Shown: positions 13,301 through 24,965 of the stretch, one piece after another
How the letters are laid out: every line of letters begins with the position of its first letter
Numbering within the stretch: position 1 is the stretch's first letter
Origin: Lama guanicoe
Taxonomy: Eukaryota
Direction of reading: 5' to 3'
NCBI GenBank assembly: GCA_013239625.1
Contig: MU057201.1
Location: forward strand, 124,001-188,000
DNA length: 64,000 bases
Position numbers and translations under genes: made by a program
The notes under the pieces: model-generated
The model's input: the letters and a program-made list of their open reading frames with translations, nothing else
Told to the model about the DNA's origin: nothing
The model's database searches: none

Positions 13301-15429
13301 TAAAAAAAAAAAAAAAACAATCCGAGCTTTCATGAGCTATTATGTTTTCTCTGGGAGATTTTATTTTATTTTGGGGGGAGGGGGTGATTAGGTTTATTTA
13401 CTTTATTTTTTTCTGGTACATTTTAAAATTTAAAGAAAGCTTTTAACACAAGTTTGGTCAAGGTCATGAGGAAATGAATATTCTCTCAGATTTTTAAACA
13501 ATATTTCAAACACTGTGATTACGCACGTCAAAACCTTATACATGTCTAATGCATTTTGTCCCAGAGGATCCGCTTCCAGAAGTTTGTCCTGTGGGTGGAA
13601 AACACGCCCCAGCATGCTGACCGTGCCAGGAACGCATTTCACGGGGAAGCAAGTTCAGCAACGGGTCTGTGGCCCTGAAATTCACCAGTCTCCCCGTGGG
13701 CCCAGCACTGAAAGCACCTGGCATGATGCTCTAGAAGGATACGGGAGGAGAGGGACCAAGAGTGGGTTCTGAGGGCCACTGGGAGGCAAGGAGACAGGAA
13801 GTGCTAAGGAGATGAGAATATATGGAGGAGGGGACAGAGCCAGAGGTCTGTTACTGGGTCCTGACTCTACAGCCATTGGTGAATTGTCTAATGAGGTCTT
13901 TTGACTGTTGATCCATTGGGAACTTATTTTCTTCTGACTAGAATGGCAGGACACGCATCTCTGACCAAACAGGTACCTGAGCCACAGAGATGTCTGTAGG
14001 TGTGAGAGTAGCAGGTGTGAGAGCCTAAGTGAGGAGAGCACTAGCATCAGAGACATAGAGCCAGATTACTCTGCAGTCCTAAGAACAAGACACTGGCCCA
14101 CATGGATGACTTACCCATTAGAGTCTGGCTGCTTCTTTGTAAGTCAAAGCTTAGAAGTGAGTTCTTCCAGAGTTGGACTTTTGGGGAAAGATGCTAACAA
14201 AGATCCAGAGGGCAGGATATTATTGGGGGCCTTGTCCAGCAATCAGTGAAGTGATGGATCTGGGAGCTTAATTCACATGGGGAGGGTAGATAAAGAAGAA
14301 TTGTTGATCTGAATCCTGTCCCAGAATTTGCCAAGTCTTGCCCCATGTGTTACTAAGCTGTCCCTCTGGAAATTAATTTCACCAATTTCATTTTGCTGTT
14401 CCTTCAGATTTCCTCTTGTAGAATTATGAGGCCATCTCTCTCAGCTACTGTTGGCTGCAGATGATATTCCAGGGTGAGCAGGGCAACATCATGAATTATA
14501 GCAAAACATAACCCAGTGACTATGTGGTTCACCTACCACAGTTGGGACCAGTAGAGTTCAACACACAAGGTAGTTATCCCTCTGAAATCTGCACATCCCT
14601 GATTGAACAGCTGTAAAAGTCATTTAGCAGATGGCCTCCTGAAAAGGGGAAGACTTCTAGCCTCAGACTGAATAATAATGAAGCTTGGTGTCCTTTCCAC
14701 ACAAGAGCTGAAGTGGGTTATCCTTCCCCTAGAAAAAGAGAAAACATAACCCTGCAGATGAGGGTGGGAACATGAAATGGGGGAGGGAATAAGAGAAGAG
14801 GTTCCTTATGCCTGAGTCATGAAACTAGAGAAGTGGAGTGGTGCGATTAACACATAAAGAGAAGAAACAAAAGAATCTGAAAATTCTGAAAAAGGTGGCT
14901 TGGAGCTTTTTGAATTCACTGCTGGGACCAATCCAGGGAGGCTACCATGCATTACTTTGTCCTCGGTTTTCCCTGACCTCCCCCAAGTGTCTGCAACCTG
15001 AACTGACTTGCCAAAATTCCAAGTACAAACCTTGGGTCCTTCACACACTGCCCAGCCCTGTACTATCCGATCCCAGAGCTCGCACGATTCCCCTGCGTCT
15101 CTGCCCTGATGTTTCTTCATGTCCGTATCTAATAGTGAAGAACTCACACTTACCTGTCAGGGTGGAAAGGGTAGAGCATGGAAGGCTTCCTGGAGGAGGA
15201 GACCATTGATCTAGGGCTGGGTAAAGTGGATAAGCAAGATTTCCAAAGTCTGAGATGACAGGAGACAAAGGAAAAGATACGTGCAAAGGCTTCAGAAGTA
15301 GAGCCAGGCGTTGTAAGATGGACATAGATGTACAAAGACATAACAGTAAGAGCAATGATTTCAGCGATTTCGCTGGGCCTTGAGAAATGGGCAATTTCCA
15401 GCAGGACACCTGGGGGAATGGACAACCCC

Positions 15430-16100
15430 GCCGTCAATCATTGCAGGCCCACCAATCACGATGGCGGGGGCGGGGCCGTAGGACGTCCGCGGCGCCCTAA
15501 CACGTCACTAAGCTCGCGACCCTGGACTGTACGGCGCGGCTTCCGTGGACCGTTCGTCCGCGTGATGAGGGGACATGGCGGCTCCCTTTCCAGTGACCTC
15601 AAAAGTGTAAGTTTCACTGATTTCACTTCGTAGTGGGCTGTCCGTCGTGTGATTCGGAGAGAATCGGGTAGCTGGTGTGTCCGGATACACTTCGGCAGAC
15701 GTGCGTCCCGGGCTCCTGGGCGGTTGGCGGAGAAGGCCTCCTAGCCGCGTTCGGCCGCAGAGCCGGGCTTTCTGTGCCAACGTGGTGAAACGTTCAGAAC
15801 CTGTTCTCTGCTTAAACGCGGGTCTTGGACCGCCCCCTCCCCCAGGTCGTGGGCTTAACGCTTTGTGGTGTTCGCGGCGTAAAGGGTGGAGAGGGCTGGC
15901 GCGGCTGGCCGGGTCGGGGTGAGGGTGGGTGTGGGTCCGGCCCAGCGCGGTGGCCGTTGGGCGCCGCGAGCCGCTTTTGCCTTTTGCTGCCCGGGGTCGT
16001 TGGGTGGATGGCGTCGCCGGGGGTTTCTCTGCGTCTTGGTCTTGGCCGTTTTCGCGAGATTTCTTACCAGTGACAGGCTGCCTTTGAGCGCGGTTTTGTG
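15430..16100 (+). promoter_or_regulatory. Orphan CpG-island promoter with candidate first exon (about 15530-15606)
   Basis: CCAAT 15452-15456, GC box 15467-15476, CACGTCA 15501-15507, CTCGCGA 15513-15519, ETS-like CTTCCG 15540-15545, YY1-type ACATGGCGGC 15573-15582, and donor GTAAGT 15607-15612. Confidence 0.75.
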
Positions 16101-16487
16101 TTTCACTTAACCACACGGCTTTAAGGTTAATAGCATTTGTTGGTTGAATTTCGGAATGGTCGTCTTCATGTGTTGCCTGAAAAAGAAAAACAATGATGAG
16201 AATTTCAACGTGAAAATGAGTAAACAGATGGCCTGGTCCTTAGTCCTGTTCCTCGGTTCCCTGCGGGTGCTGCGGTTACAGACACATTGGCTTTATTAGA
16301 ATGTCAGCTTTCAGAATAGCCTGATCTTGACAGTTTCCCATCAAAGTTTGGATCTGACTTTTTGTTGTGGTTGGAAACTCTTGCAGCGGCAGGCAGCAGC
16401 AAGGTGGCCTGGATGGGACTGTGGGAAATAGACTTCCAGGCTGTGGACACTGTGGAGCTCAGATGCCTCTTCCCCTAGAATGACAAC

Positions 16488-17253
16488 ATGGACCGGAAGG
16501 TAATTTAAAGCATTTCTATCTATGAAAAAGGGTAAAGATGGGACCTGTGGGCCACATGGGTGGTGGGAAATGGTGGCCTGCCAGAGCACGCCCACAGCAG
16601 CAGGGTGGACATTTCTCTGGGAGGGATCCTGGAAACACAGGATACAATGAAAGTAATGCAAAGGTCATTGCTTCTTCAGATGTTCACCCTGCGATGCGTT
16701 CTTGGCCATGCCTTTGCTTGCAGACTTGGCTGGGACCGCACATCCTGTTTGATCCACAGTCTGCAGTATCTGAGTCTTAAAGTTTCATAGCTCTTTCTCA
16801 CTATCTTCTTTGAGCTTCGGTTTTCTCTTTTGCACAGCAGGATTCATACCATGGTGTCATGGATGTTGTGAGAATCAAGTGTGATGACCTCCGTTAAGGG
16901 CTTAGCCCACAGGTGGTGCTCAAGGAATCCCGACCCCATTTCCTGAGTCCGCATATTGGAGCCGAACACGCTGGTATTTGGTGTAACTCTTCTTACCCCT
17001 GCTTCCCACTCTTACCCAAGCGCTTTAGCCTTTGGCATCTTATCATTGAAATGGTTGTTTCCTTTCTCAGGGCCAGCAGGCTACCTTAGAAGTTACTCAA
17101 GGGTCTCCTCGGAAAGCACACCTCTTTAATCCAGCTGTGAAGCAGCAGGGACGCCCAGGACGCCAGGCTTTTCCTTCCTCTCAGCAACGTTCTGCTCTGA
17201 TCAACTCGACACCTTACGCGGAGGCGGACGTGTGTCAACACCTGCACCTGTGA
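16488..17253 (+). CDS. Candidate spliced ETD-like microprotein ORF or degenerate ETD relic (exons 16488-16499 and 17071-17253, 64 aa)
   Basis: AACATGG start, donor AAG|GTAATT at 16500, acceptor ttgtttcctttctcag| at 17070, phase 0. Product is MDRK|GQQATLEVTQGSPRKAHLFNP...SALINSTPYAEADVCQHLHL*. EVTQGSPRK resembles ETD EVPKGSPRE; a second frame gives NVL and RHLTRRR, resembling ETD NVLIFLINRQLGRHR. Confidence 0.35.
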
Positions 17254-17760
17254 GGACTTTGTAGCACGTGAACCCTTGCAGGCAGAGGGTGCCTGTAGCC
17301 TGGCAGTGCCAGAAAGGTCTTCACTTCTTTCCTTTTCTGTATAAATCACTTCTTTTCTGTGTGGTGTTGAATTTATCGAATTCCGGTGAAGACATTTGGT
17401 CATTCAAAGGGGCGCTTGTAGCAGGGGTTGGGCGTTAAACAGAAACATGCACTGTTCTGAAGTGTTCTCAAAGAGGCTTGTAACCCTCAGTCTCAGCAGC
17501 TAACTCTGGTTCCTCTACTTGCCTATTGGTACCAGTTTCAACCAGAACCTGGCATCATAGAAGCTGAAGTTCAGCCACCCAAGTTCAAAGTGCACGTTTC
17601 TTTATTGAGGAGAAGTGAGAGTGCCTAGGCTCTTCCCAGCACATGGGCATCTCCTGCTCTTTTGGTTTATCCCTGTAATGGGTTAAATTACTTTAAATCC
17701 TTGGAAGATGGGGGTCATGGTTCATTTCTCACTTAGTGAAAAACTGAAACAGATACTGTC

Positions 17761-18352
17761 TTTTTTCCTGCCTCAGGTTTATTTGTACAAACAGCACAGG
17801 TAGACATGAGCCCCATGCAGACAGTAGCCCAGGGGTCACACTAGTCCTTCTATCCTCACATCAATAGATGGAAGCCTCTACTGTGGAGCCTTTATGGCGG
17901 CCTGTGCGCCTTTGAGAGACTGAGTCTGAGCTGGAGCTGCGGCTGTGGCCTTGGTCTGAGCCTTGTCCTTGGCCTTTGGCCCTCAGAGCCTGAGACCCTT
18001 GGCGACGCGGGCACGAGCACGTTTCCCGAGCTTGGGGTGAGCAATGCAGGCAAGTCAGCTGAGCTCGCAGCTGCCGCCCTGTGGGATCTTAGGCTTGACC
18101 TCCTTGGGCTTTCTGAGAGCCTTGACAGCTTCAGCACGTGCACTCACGGCCTTGGCGTTGTTGGCCTGCATCTGCTTCAGGCCCTTGTGCTTCTTGGCAA
18201 AGTGCATGTTCCTCAGGAGCTTGGGGTCCACCCCCTTAAGAGATTTGTATTGTTGTGATCGGGGTTTTTTGATACCGTTTCTGTGCCATTTTCGGGGATG
18301 GTTGTGTATGGTGTGGATCTTCGACTTGGCCATGCTTGCACCAGAGCCGGGG
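17761..18352 (-). pseudogene. RPL29: RPL29 processed pseudogene
   Basis: [49 protein letters not shown] from ATG 18331-18333, intronless. Premature TGA at 18055-18057 plus a second TGA; native TAG at 17878-17880; AATAAA at 17778-17783; short A tail; degenerate TSD ctgaaaca..tactgt at 17744-17760 and 18353-18370. Confidence 0.95.
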
Positions 18353-21300
18353 CTGAAACATGTACTGTTCAGGAGAGGCTTTATCCTGACCCGTGTTCCT
18401 TCAGCAAGAGACATGACGGTGACCACACCTGGCTCATTTCCTAGTCAAAGCAGTTGTGAAACTGCCCAGTAACCATGGCGCCTCCACTTCCTTCCACACA
18501 GATTTGTGCCCGCTGCCGTCTGCGGTCTTCCTGAGTCTTCTCACTGGAGGGCCTAAATGCATTTTTTTCATTTTCATTTTCATTTTCATTTTGTAGCACC
18601 TCTATTGTGGTGCGGTTCCTGTACAGTAAAGTGCACATATTTCACATGTACGATGCGATGGGTCTTGCTAGATGTATCCACCGGAAATGAACTGTTTGGT
18701 GGGCGATTCTGCTGAGTATTAGCGTGTAGGAAGCGGTCACAAGGCAGGGCATCCCTAAGGGGCTTTTTCTGATTGGTGGCAACCGCAGGAATTGGGACCC
18801 TTGAGGAGGGAGGAGGTGATACTACCGAAGCTCATGCTGGGATGCTGGCTGCTTAGTTCTTTGCCCGGGAGCGCATTCCTAGGCCTGCCTTGTCCTGAGG
18901 CATGTGCTCCACCAGCGTTTTCCGCGTGTGTGGGAATGGTCATGTACCGTTGAGTTTTTAAGTGCGGTCTCCCCCGTCAGGCTCATGTTTGCCTTAGCTA
19001 TTTCTTCATGCCCCTTGTTTCTGTGGGTGACAGGAACAGAATGGGTAATAGTGGACACTCGAAGGCAAGGCCTTTTGAAATGAGGTGTCTTCCCTGTTGT
19101 GCTGATTCCCTGTTACATGCAGACAGTAGTTGACTTGCGACAGCAGCAGGCATTTTGAGAGGCTCGTTAGCCCACTGGAAATGACTCGTTAGCCCACTGG
19201 AAGTGGTGGTGGTGGTAGCCATGATGGTGGCTGTGGCAGTGAGGGTGCTGATTAAGAAAAAAAGCCACAGCTGTCACTGGTAGAAAGCTGAATAGAATGG
19301 AGACCTGTCCTTAGTTCTTTTCATTGGTTTATTACCGAATCGTCTCAAACCGTGTGGTTTAAAGACTGGTAGGGTCTCTGTTTCCCAGAGAACAGTCACG
19401 GTGTGCAGAATGGATTTTGCCGTGGTAACAGAGCCAACAAAACTGTATAGGGTGCATCATAGCCAGGTTTAACGGGTCCTGTATCTTGTGGTATTAATCA
19501 CTAAGCTGCGAGAAGCCTTCTTAAGTAACATTTTCTTGCATGAGAAACCAGCGGTTACCCACACCTCCGTGTGCTCCCCCTTTCTGCTGAGCGTGGTTAT
19601 CCCGAGGTCGCACAGTGTGTTTTTGCAGTAGGAGCCATAAGTGGTTGTGATAATGTCATAAAAGTTGGGAGAATACATCTTGAACCAAATGGCTTTCATG
19701 GCTGAGTTGCCGGCCACCATGATTGTCGGTTCTTTTTGAGAGAAAATGACAGAGGGTAGAGGGCCAGACAAGGGCCGGAGCGTCCTGATCAGGAAAGATG
19801 GAATACCTAGAGAATAGGGTCCCTCCTTCAGAGGCCTGCAGCCTGCAGGTGGGGAGAGGACCGGGGACAGCAGCACTGGAAAGAGCTGCTCGTAGAGACC
19901 GAGGGCAAGGGACTGGGGTGTGAAAGTTATGAGAAGCATCGGTGTTCAAATAAGTGTCTTCTGCCCCTTCCGCATCCCTGGTGCTGCCTGGGACCGGCAC
20001 AGCACGGGGACCAGGGTGTCAGTGCACGTGGCTGAGTGCGCCACGAGAACGCACGGCCTTGTGGCAAAGAGGAGACTTTCGTGCTGGGGGGCTGCTCCTG
20101 ATTTTCTAGCATCCTTGAGGCTTTTGGACTTTGCTGCTAGGGAAGTTCTTGTGCTTGTGCCTCATGCCGTGCCCTGCCTTAGGCTGGGGAAAGTGGCTTA
20201 GGAAAGGTGGGCCTTCGCCCTCCTACGCTGGGGCCTAGCACGGTCCTCCGAGGGAGTCTCCTGGGAGGCACCTGATGACACTGATGTTGAACGTGGTGAA
20301 TGATCCCACTTGGGCGAGCTGACCGCCCAGCGTCTCATGTTGCTTCTGAGCTGTGCTCCTCGGAGAGGCTAATGAGAGTGAGCTGCTGTTGCTGGTGTGT
20401 TCTGATACTCTGGCCAGACAGCTCTCCTGTCGACACTCCTATGGCTCGGATGCCTTGTTGAAGTCCTGCCCAGGGCACACACCGGCCACGGCTGCGTGGG
20501 GGGCGTGGGACGTGTTGGGTCTGGGGGAAGAAGTTGCCCGTGGCCGGTTGTCGGGCCTCGGTGCTGATCCAAAGGAGCTGAACAGAAGCAGACCCAGGCT
20601 GCAGGGCAGTGGCGAGTTGGGGGTCCTTAAGATTTCCACTTGCATTTGTGTGGATGTGGTTGGAGCGTGTCTGTGTTCGCCGTCTGCCCGCTTCCGCTGA
20701 GACACTCTGCACGTGGGTTGGAAGAAAGGCCCCGTGGGGGGTCCCGTAAGTGGACAGTGCATGAAACTGGGGCGTTGGGATCCTCGGGGACAGGTGCGGA
20801 TGAGCCTGGATGTCCAGGGACCTCCCGGGTCAGGTGTCCGGGCTGGAGGAGGAAGCCCTCCTATGCTTCTTGCTGAAGAGGGCACCCCCCCCAGGCCGTG
20901 GCTGTCCCGTCCCCTGTTTATGTGCTGGGAAGCATTGCTGCTTGGTGGTCTGGCCCCTCTGCCATTTTGGTCTCCCTGTTGGGGTAGCTGACCCTCCCTC
21001 AAGGGGACCTTGTCTGCACTGTCAAGGAAGAGGCAGTGCTCAGCAGCATTGAGAATTCGTGCATTGTGCGTGACACTGGGCTACCGGAGGGGTGGCAGGG
21101 GACGGGGGTTGCACTTTGAGGAGGGAGGGGTGCTGTGATTTCCCCTTTTTGGGCTCTTGATTTCTCTTGATTTGTCAAATCTGGGTCGGCACGTAAGTGG
21201 TCCAGCAGGGATCTGTGGAGGGTCAGCAAGTATGAGAGCGACCATGGGGCGGACAAGGGGCTTTGGTGTGAAAGTTTTGGTGGGCGTTAGTGGTGGCAGG

Positions 21301-22144
21301 AATGTTCTCCTGTCCCCTTTCTTTGTTTTCCCACACTAACTTTGTGTCCGCATTGCTGGGGGACAGAAGATACTAGTGGACACTGATACGATATGAGAAA
21401 ATATGGCTCTCTTGTAAAGTTGAGACCCTTGTTTTGGGGGCATGGTGATTTTCCATTTTTCAGGGAATCGTGGTTTTGTCTGCAGGTGAAGGGTTTGCTG
21501 TCTCACCCTTGTTTTGTCTCCTGAGACCTGTGGACAGTGGCCACTGTGGGAACGGGTGTCTTCAGCCTGTTATACTATTTGGAGGACAGAGTCTGAGGGG
21601 GGTCTGAGAAGGAATTGTTATTTTTGCTGATTTTTTTTCTCCAGAGTCATTTTCTTCCTTCTTCACATAGGTTGAAGGGCTCTTGGGCACTACTTATGAT
21701 GTTCCTGTTCTCCTGTTCTTCAGGGGGGTCTGGTTGCATTTCTGGTTTTAACTGCTTCAGTTGTTCTGACTTTACCTAGTTCTCAGTTATTGCAAAGATT
21801 TTTGCTGCCAGGTCCTTGAAGGAACATTCATGGGTGTAAAATTAGCAAGAGGCTCATGTAGCTTTTAAACAGATTTGCATAGATTGCAAAGGGACAGAGA
21901 AACAATTGACAAATTTTCCAAAGGAAATGTTTTAAGAAAAGGGTAAGTGAGAGGTCTTTCCCCTGTTTTTCAACAGGGATAATTTAATTTTTCTTATTTT
22001 ATTTGCCCTTACAACATACTACCATGAGATATCAGGTCACCTTGGACTGGTGTAGACTCTACCCTAGAAGACAGGGTGCGCAGTCAGTGTGCTGATCTCC
22101 AGGATATAGGATATAGTTAAACAGGAACCAAGCACCTGCGCTTC

Positions 22145-22435
22145 TCCTCCAGGGCTCAGAGTTGATGTGTTGTATACTGAAAAATTTGCTAATAGGGTAA
22201 ATCTTAGTCTATCTTCTGTCATGTTCTTCTTACAAAAAATACCACTACTATTAATTAATGAGGGTGGAATGAAACTTCAGAGAGGATGGATGTGTTTGAG
22301 GCATAGATTATGATGTCGGTTCACGGATTTATACTTAGCTCCAAACTCATTAAGTTGTATGTATTAAATATGTACAGCTTTTTGTATGCCAATCATACCT
22401 TCATGCTTCAGTAAAGTGGTTAAAAATAATAATAA
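22145..22435 (+). mobile_element. L1M 3' end
   Basis: tgttgtatactgaaaaatttgctaatagggtaaatctta...tgtacagctttttgtatgccaatcatacct followed by an A tail. Confidence 0.7.
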
Positions 22436-23242
22436 AAAAGACCTCCTCATGATTACAGATGAATGCTCCCCCTCAAATGTTTTTAAATTTTAGAACTGAA
22501 GGGGAAGAATACTTCTACATGGGGAAATGGTAATGCCATTTACTGCTCCTGTATTATTGTTTTGCCTTGATTTTTCTATGTATGTGTAGCATTTGCATTG
22601 GCAGTGTATAAGGTTAACCTTTAGTCCATAGGACTTTGAATTTCATAGAATCACAGCAATTCTTCGGAAGCCGTGAACTTCACCTGGAGGACGTACACTC
22701 AAGGAGTGGCCCTGTGATGTCAGCTGTTTGTCATTTGACCAGAAATTGACTTTGGGGTACTGTGCCTTTGGGAATGGCTTGGACTTTGGGTGGTTTTCAT
22801 TTTTTATAATATGTGCTTTTGTGCTTCCTCAAGAAATCTTTAAAAATATTTTACATAGGGGACATGTCAAAGTGTGTATGTACTGTATTTGGATTCTGTA
22901 GGGTGGAAGGCAGTGTCTCAGGCTGATTGGTCTCTCCGGCAGGCCCCTGTTCTCTGACACCTTCTGTATTCTGTGTGACTTAGTTTCCTTGCCATAGCTA
23001 CTTGGTTTGTACCTCTTCATCTTATGTTACTTGAGTCAATATTACTTTTGTTATATTTAGAGTTTGTGATTAGACCAAAAATGAGTGATAGCCTGCAAAG
23101 GCTCATTAATAACCTTTCACTGCAGAGAATATAATTTAAAAGACATACTGTTGAGTTTCCCTGAGCTGTCCTCATTTCTGCATCTTTAAAATGTATCTGT
23201 TGCTTAAGTTTCTTGCATTTCTTAAAATACTTGTGTTCTTCC

Positions 23243-23248
23243 AATAAA
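23243..23248 (+). terminator. Candidate poly(A) signal of the plus-strand transcript starting at the 15.5 kb island
   Basis: AATAAA followed by T-rich tttatttgttt, at the end of a long G/T-rich stretch. Confidence 0.35.
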
Positions 23249-23387
23249 ATTTATTTGTTTCAGAAGATTTCGCTTGTAGATGTTTATTATTCACAATGAA
23301 CACCAGCATGATCAAGGAAGCTGTGGCTCTGCCGTGTGCATCATTGCCTGAACCTGAGCCCAGAGCTATAGTATCTGATGCATTAAA

Positions 23388-23496
23388 GGGGGGAGGATAT
23401 AGCTCAGTGGTAGAGTGTGTGCGTAGCAAGCATGAGGTCCTGGGTTCTAGTCCCCAGTACTGCCATTAAATAAATAACCCTAACTACCCCCCCAAA
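23388..23496 (+). mobile_element. tRNA-derived SINE (Vic-1-like)
   Basis: A and B boxes; flanking atctgatgc repeated as a TSD. Confidence 0.85.
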
Positions 23497-24279
23497 TCTG
23501 ATGCCCTAAAAACAGGAGCTGGTAGCAGAGGAATGGGGTCTCTAGGCCATGATAGAAGTCCCCCCCATTTGTTAAGCCCTCCCCTTTGTTTAGGGAATTA
23601 TTTCCCTAAAGGTAGTAGGTAATCTAATGCCTCCCTATGAGAAATGATCTTTTACCAACTTCTTGAAGGCCATAAACGCATATTTGGGGATTGTGGAGGT
23701 TGTGGGGGAGTCTCCTGATCCTCCCAAGGGTAAGGCAGAGGTAGGGTGACCAGCAGGGTTGTAGAGAAGATCAGTGCAGAAGCAGCAGGCACACATTTAA
23801 TTCCTGGTGAAGCCTGCATTAGAATCTTGGTTCCTTGTGTCGGAGATATCTTTCAATATACCACACCACTAGGTCTTATAAAGGCTTGGTAATAGAATAA
23901 AATTAGTTAAGTGGGTAGAAGAATTTTTGGCATTGCTTGTTCTTTAAAGATACCAATACATTTTCCAGTTCTAATTGGAATTAGACATGCAATTAACTAA
24001 AATTGCACGTCTTCTGTTAACCATAGTTTAAACATTTCAGCAAACAGCGTTATCACTGTAGTCATTAAATTCTCCCCCCAAAGGGAAAGGAGAACAAGAC
24101 AGGCAATCTGTTCCAGCTGTAGATATGCTGAGTGGTTGCGTACAGTTCTCTTCCTGGGATTTCATAAAGATCTTGGCGCAGGTATCAGCAACTGTGTTCT
24201 TGCCATCCAGTCTAGAGTCTTCCAAACACCATGAAATCACACAGCCATTCACATCTTTACATTTCCAGGCTTCACCTTG

Positions 24280-24965
24280 AGTGCGTTCCGCGGAGGCGGG
24301 CCCAGAGCGGGAGTGGGCGTGGCCATGGGCAGTACCGGGCTCTTGCGCGGGTTCCGCCCACAAGGCTGGATGGTTGCTAGTGCGCAGGCGCAACATGGGG
24401 CCCGAGCTAGGGCCGGAGGGGTGGGTAACGGGGGTAAGGGAAGTGGGCGAGGCTAACGCCCGTTCCAGGAGGCGGGGTCGGAAGTGGGGGAGCCGAGCCT
24501 AGGCTTCCCAAGGCGGGCCACGAGTGAGGGGCAGGGCCAGGGGAGGAGCCCAGGGTGCTGCGTCTTGTATGATGAGGGCAGAGCACTCGGCGCTTGCGGA
24601 GGGGAGGGCCAAGGGCTCTGTAGCTGAAGAGTTAGTCAGATGCCCACCCTCCCTGCCCTCTCTGCCCTCTCTGCCACTCACTTGCCCTTCCAAGTTCCTT
24701 GGCTGACCCTCAACCTCTGGACCTCACCTTGCGTGAGGTTCTTTGAACACATATTCCTGCTTATTCATGCATCTCTCAGCCAGAGATTGACACTCAGGCT
24801 GCAGATGTTGCCTGCAAAATTAATGGGAAAGCCCCAAATATTAGCTAACATGATCCAGGGCAGCATGTTCAAAGAATGATGCACCATCACCAGGGAATGT
24901 AAGGAAGGTTGAATGCTAAGAAATCTTATAATTTGCTGTATTAAGAGACCAAAAGAAGATAATCA
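24280..24965 (-). pseudogene. Duplicate of the RTL8 promoter and upstream region with no CDS
   Basis: Colinear similarity with 8481-9145, for example ttccgcccacaaggctgg..ctagtgcgcaggcgc, atgcatctctcagccagagatt and taatgggaaagccccaaatattagc. Perfect NRF1-type TGCGCAGGCGCA at 24381-24392. No RTL8 coding sequence to the left of 24280. Confidence 0.85.

Noticed and set aside
15575-15606. Exon-1 ATG (MAAPFPVTSK) as the main start
   Set aside because: Splicing directly to 17071 hits TAG within five codons; it is more likely a YY1 site or uORF, although other junctions were not excluded.
15508-16116. 202-aa minus-strand ORF in the orphan island
   Set aside because: GC-rich low-complexity product; the promoter motif order and splice donor point to the plus strand.
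18334-18426. 31-aa extension upstream of the RPL29 start
   Set aside because: It crosses the TSD into flanking DNA and is a chance open frame.
20335-21052. Cluster of 80-187 aa ORFs in a GC-rich stretch
   Set aside because: No recognisable domain, and overlapping ORFs on both strands indicate a compositional cause.
24037-24396. 119-aa ORF running out of the duplicated promoter
   Set aside because: It starts at a non-ATG codon upstream of the presumed TSS and has no recognisable similarity.
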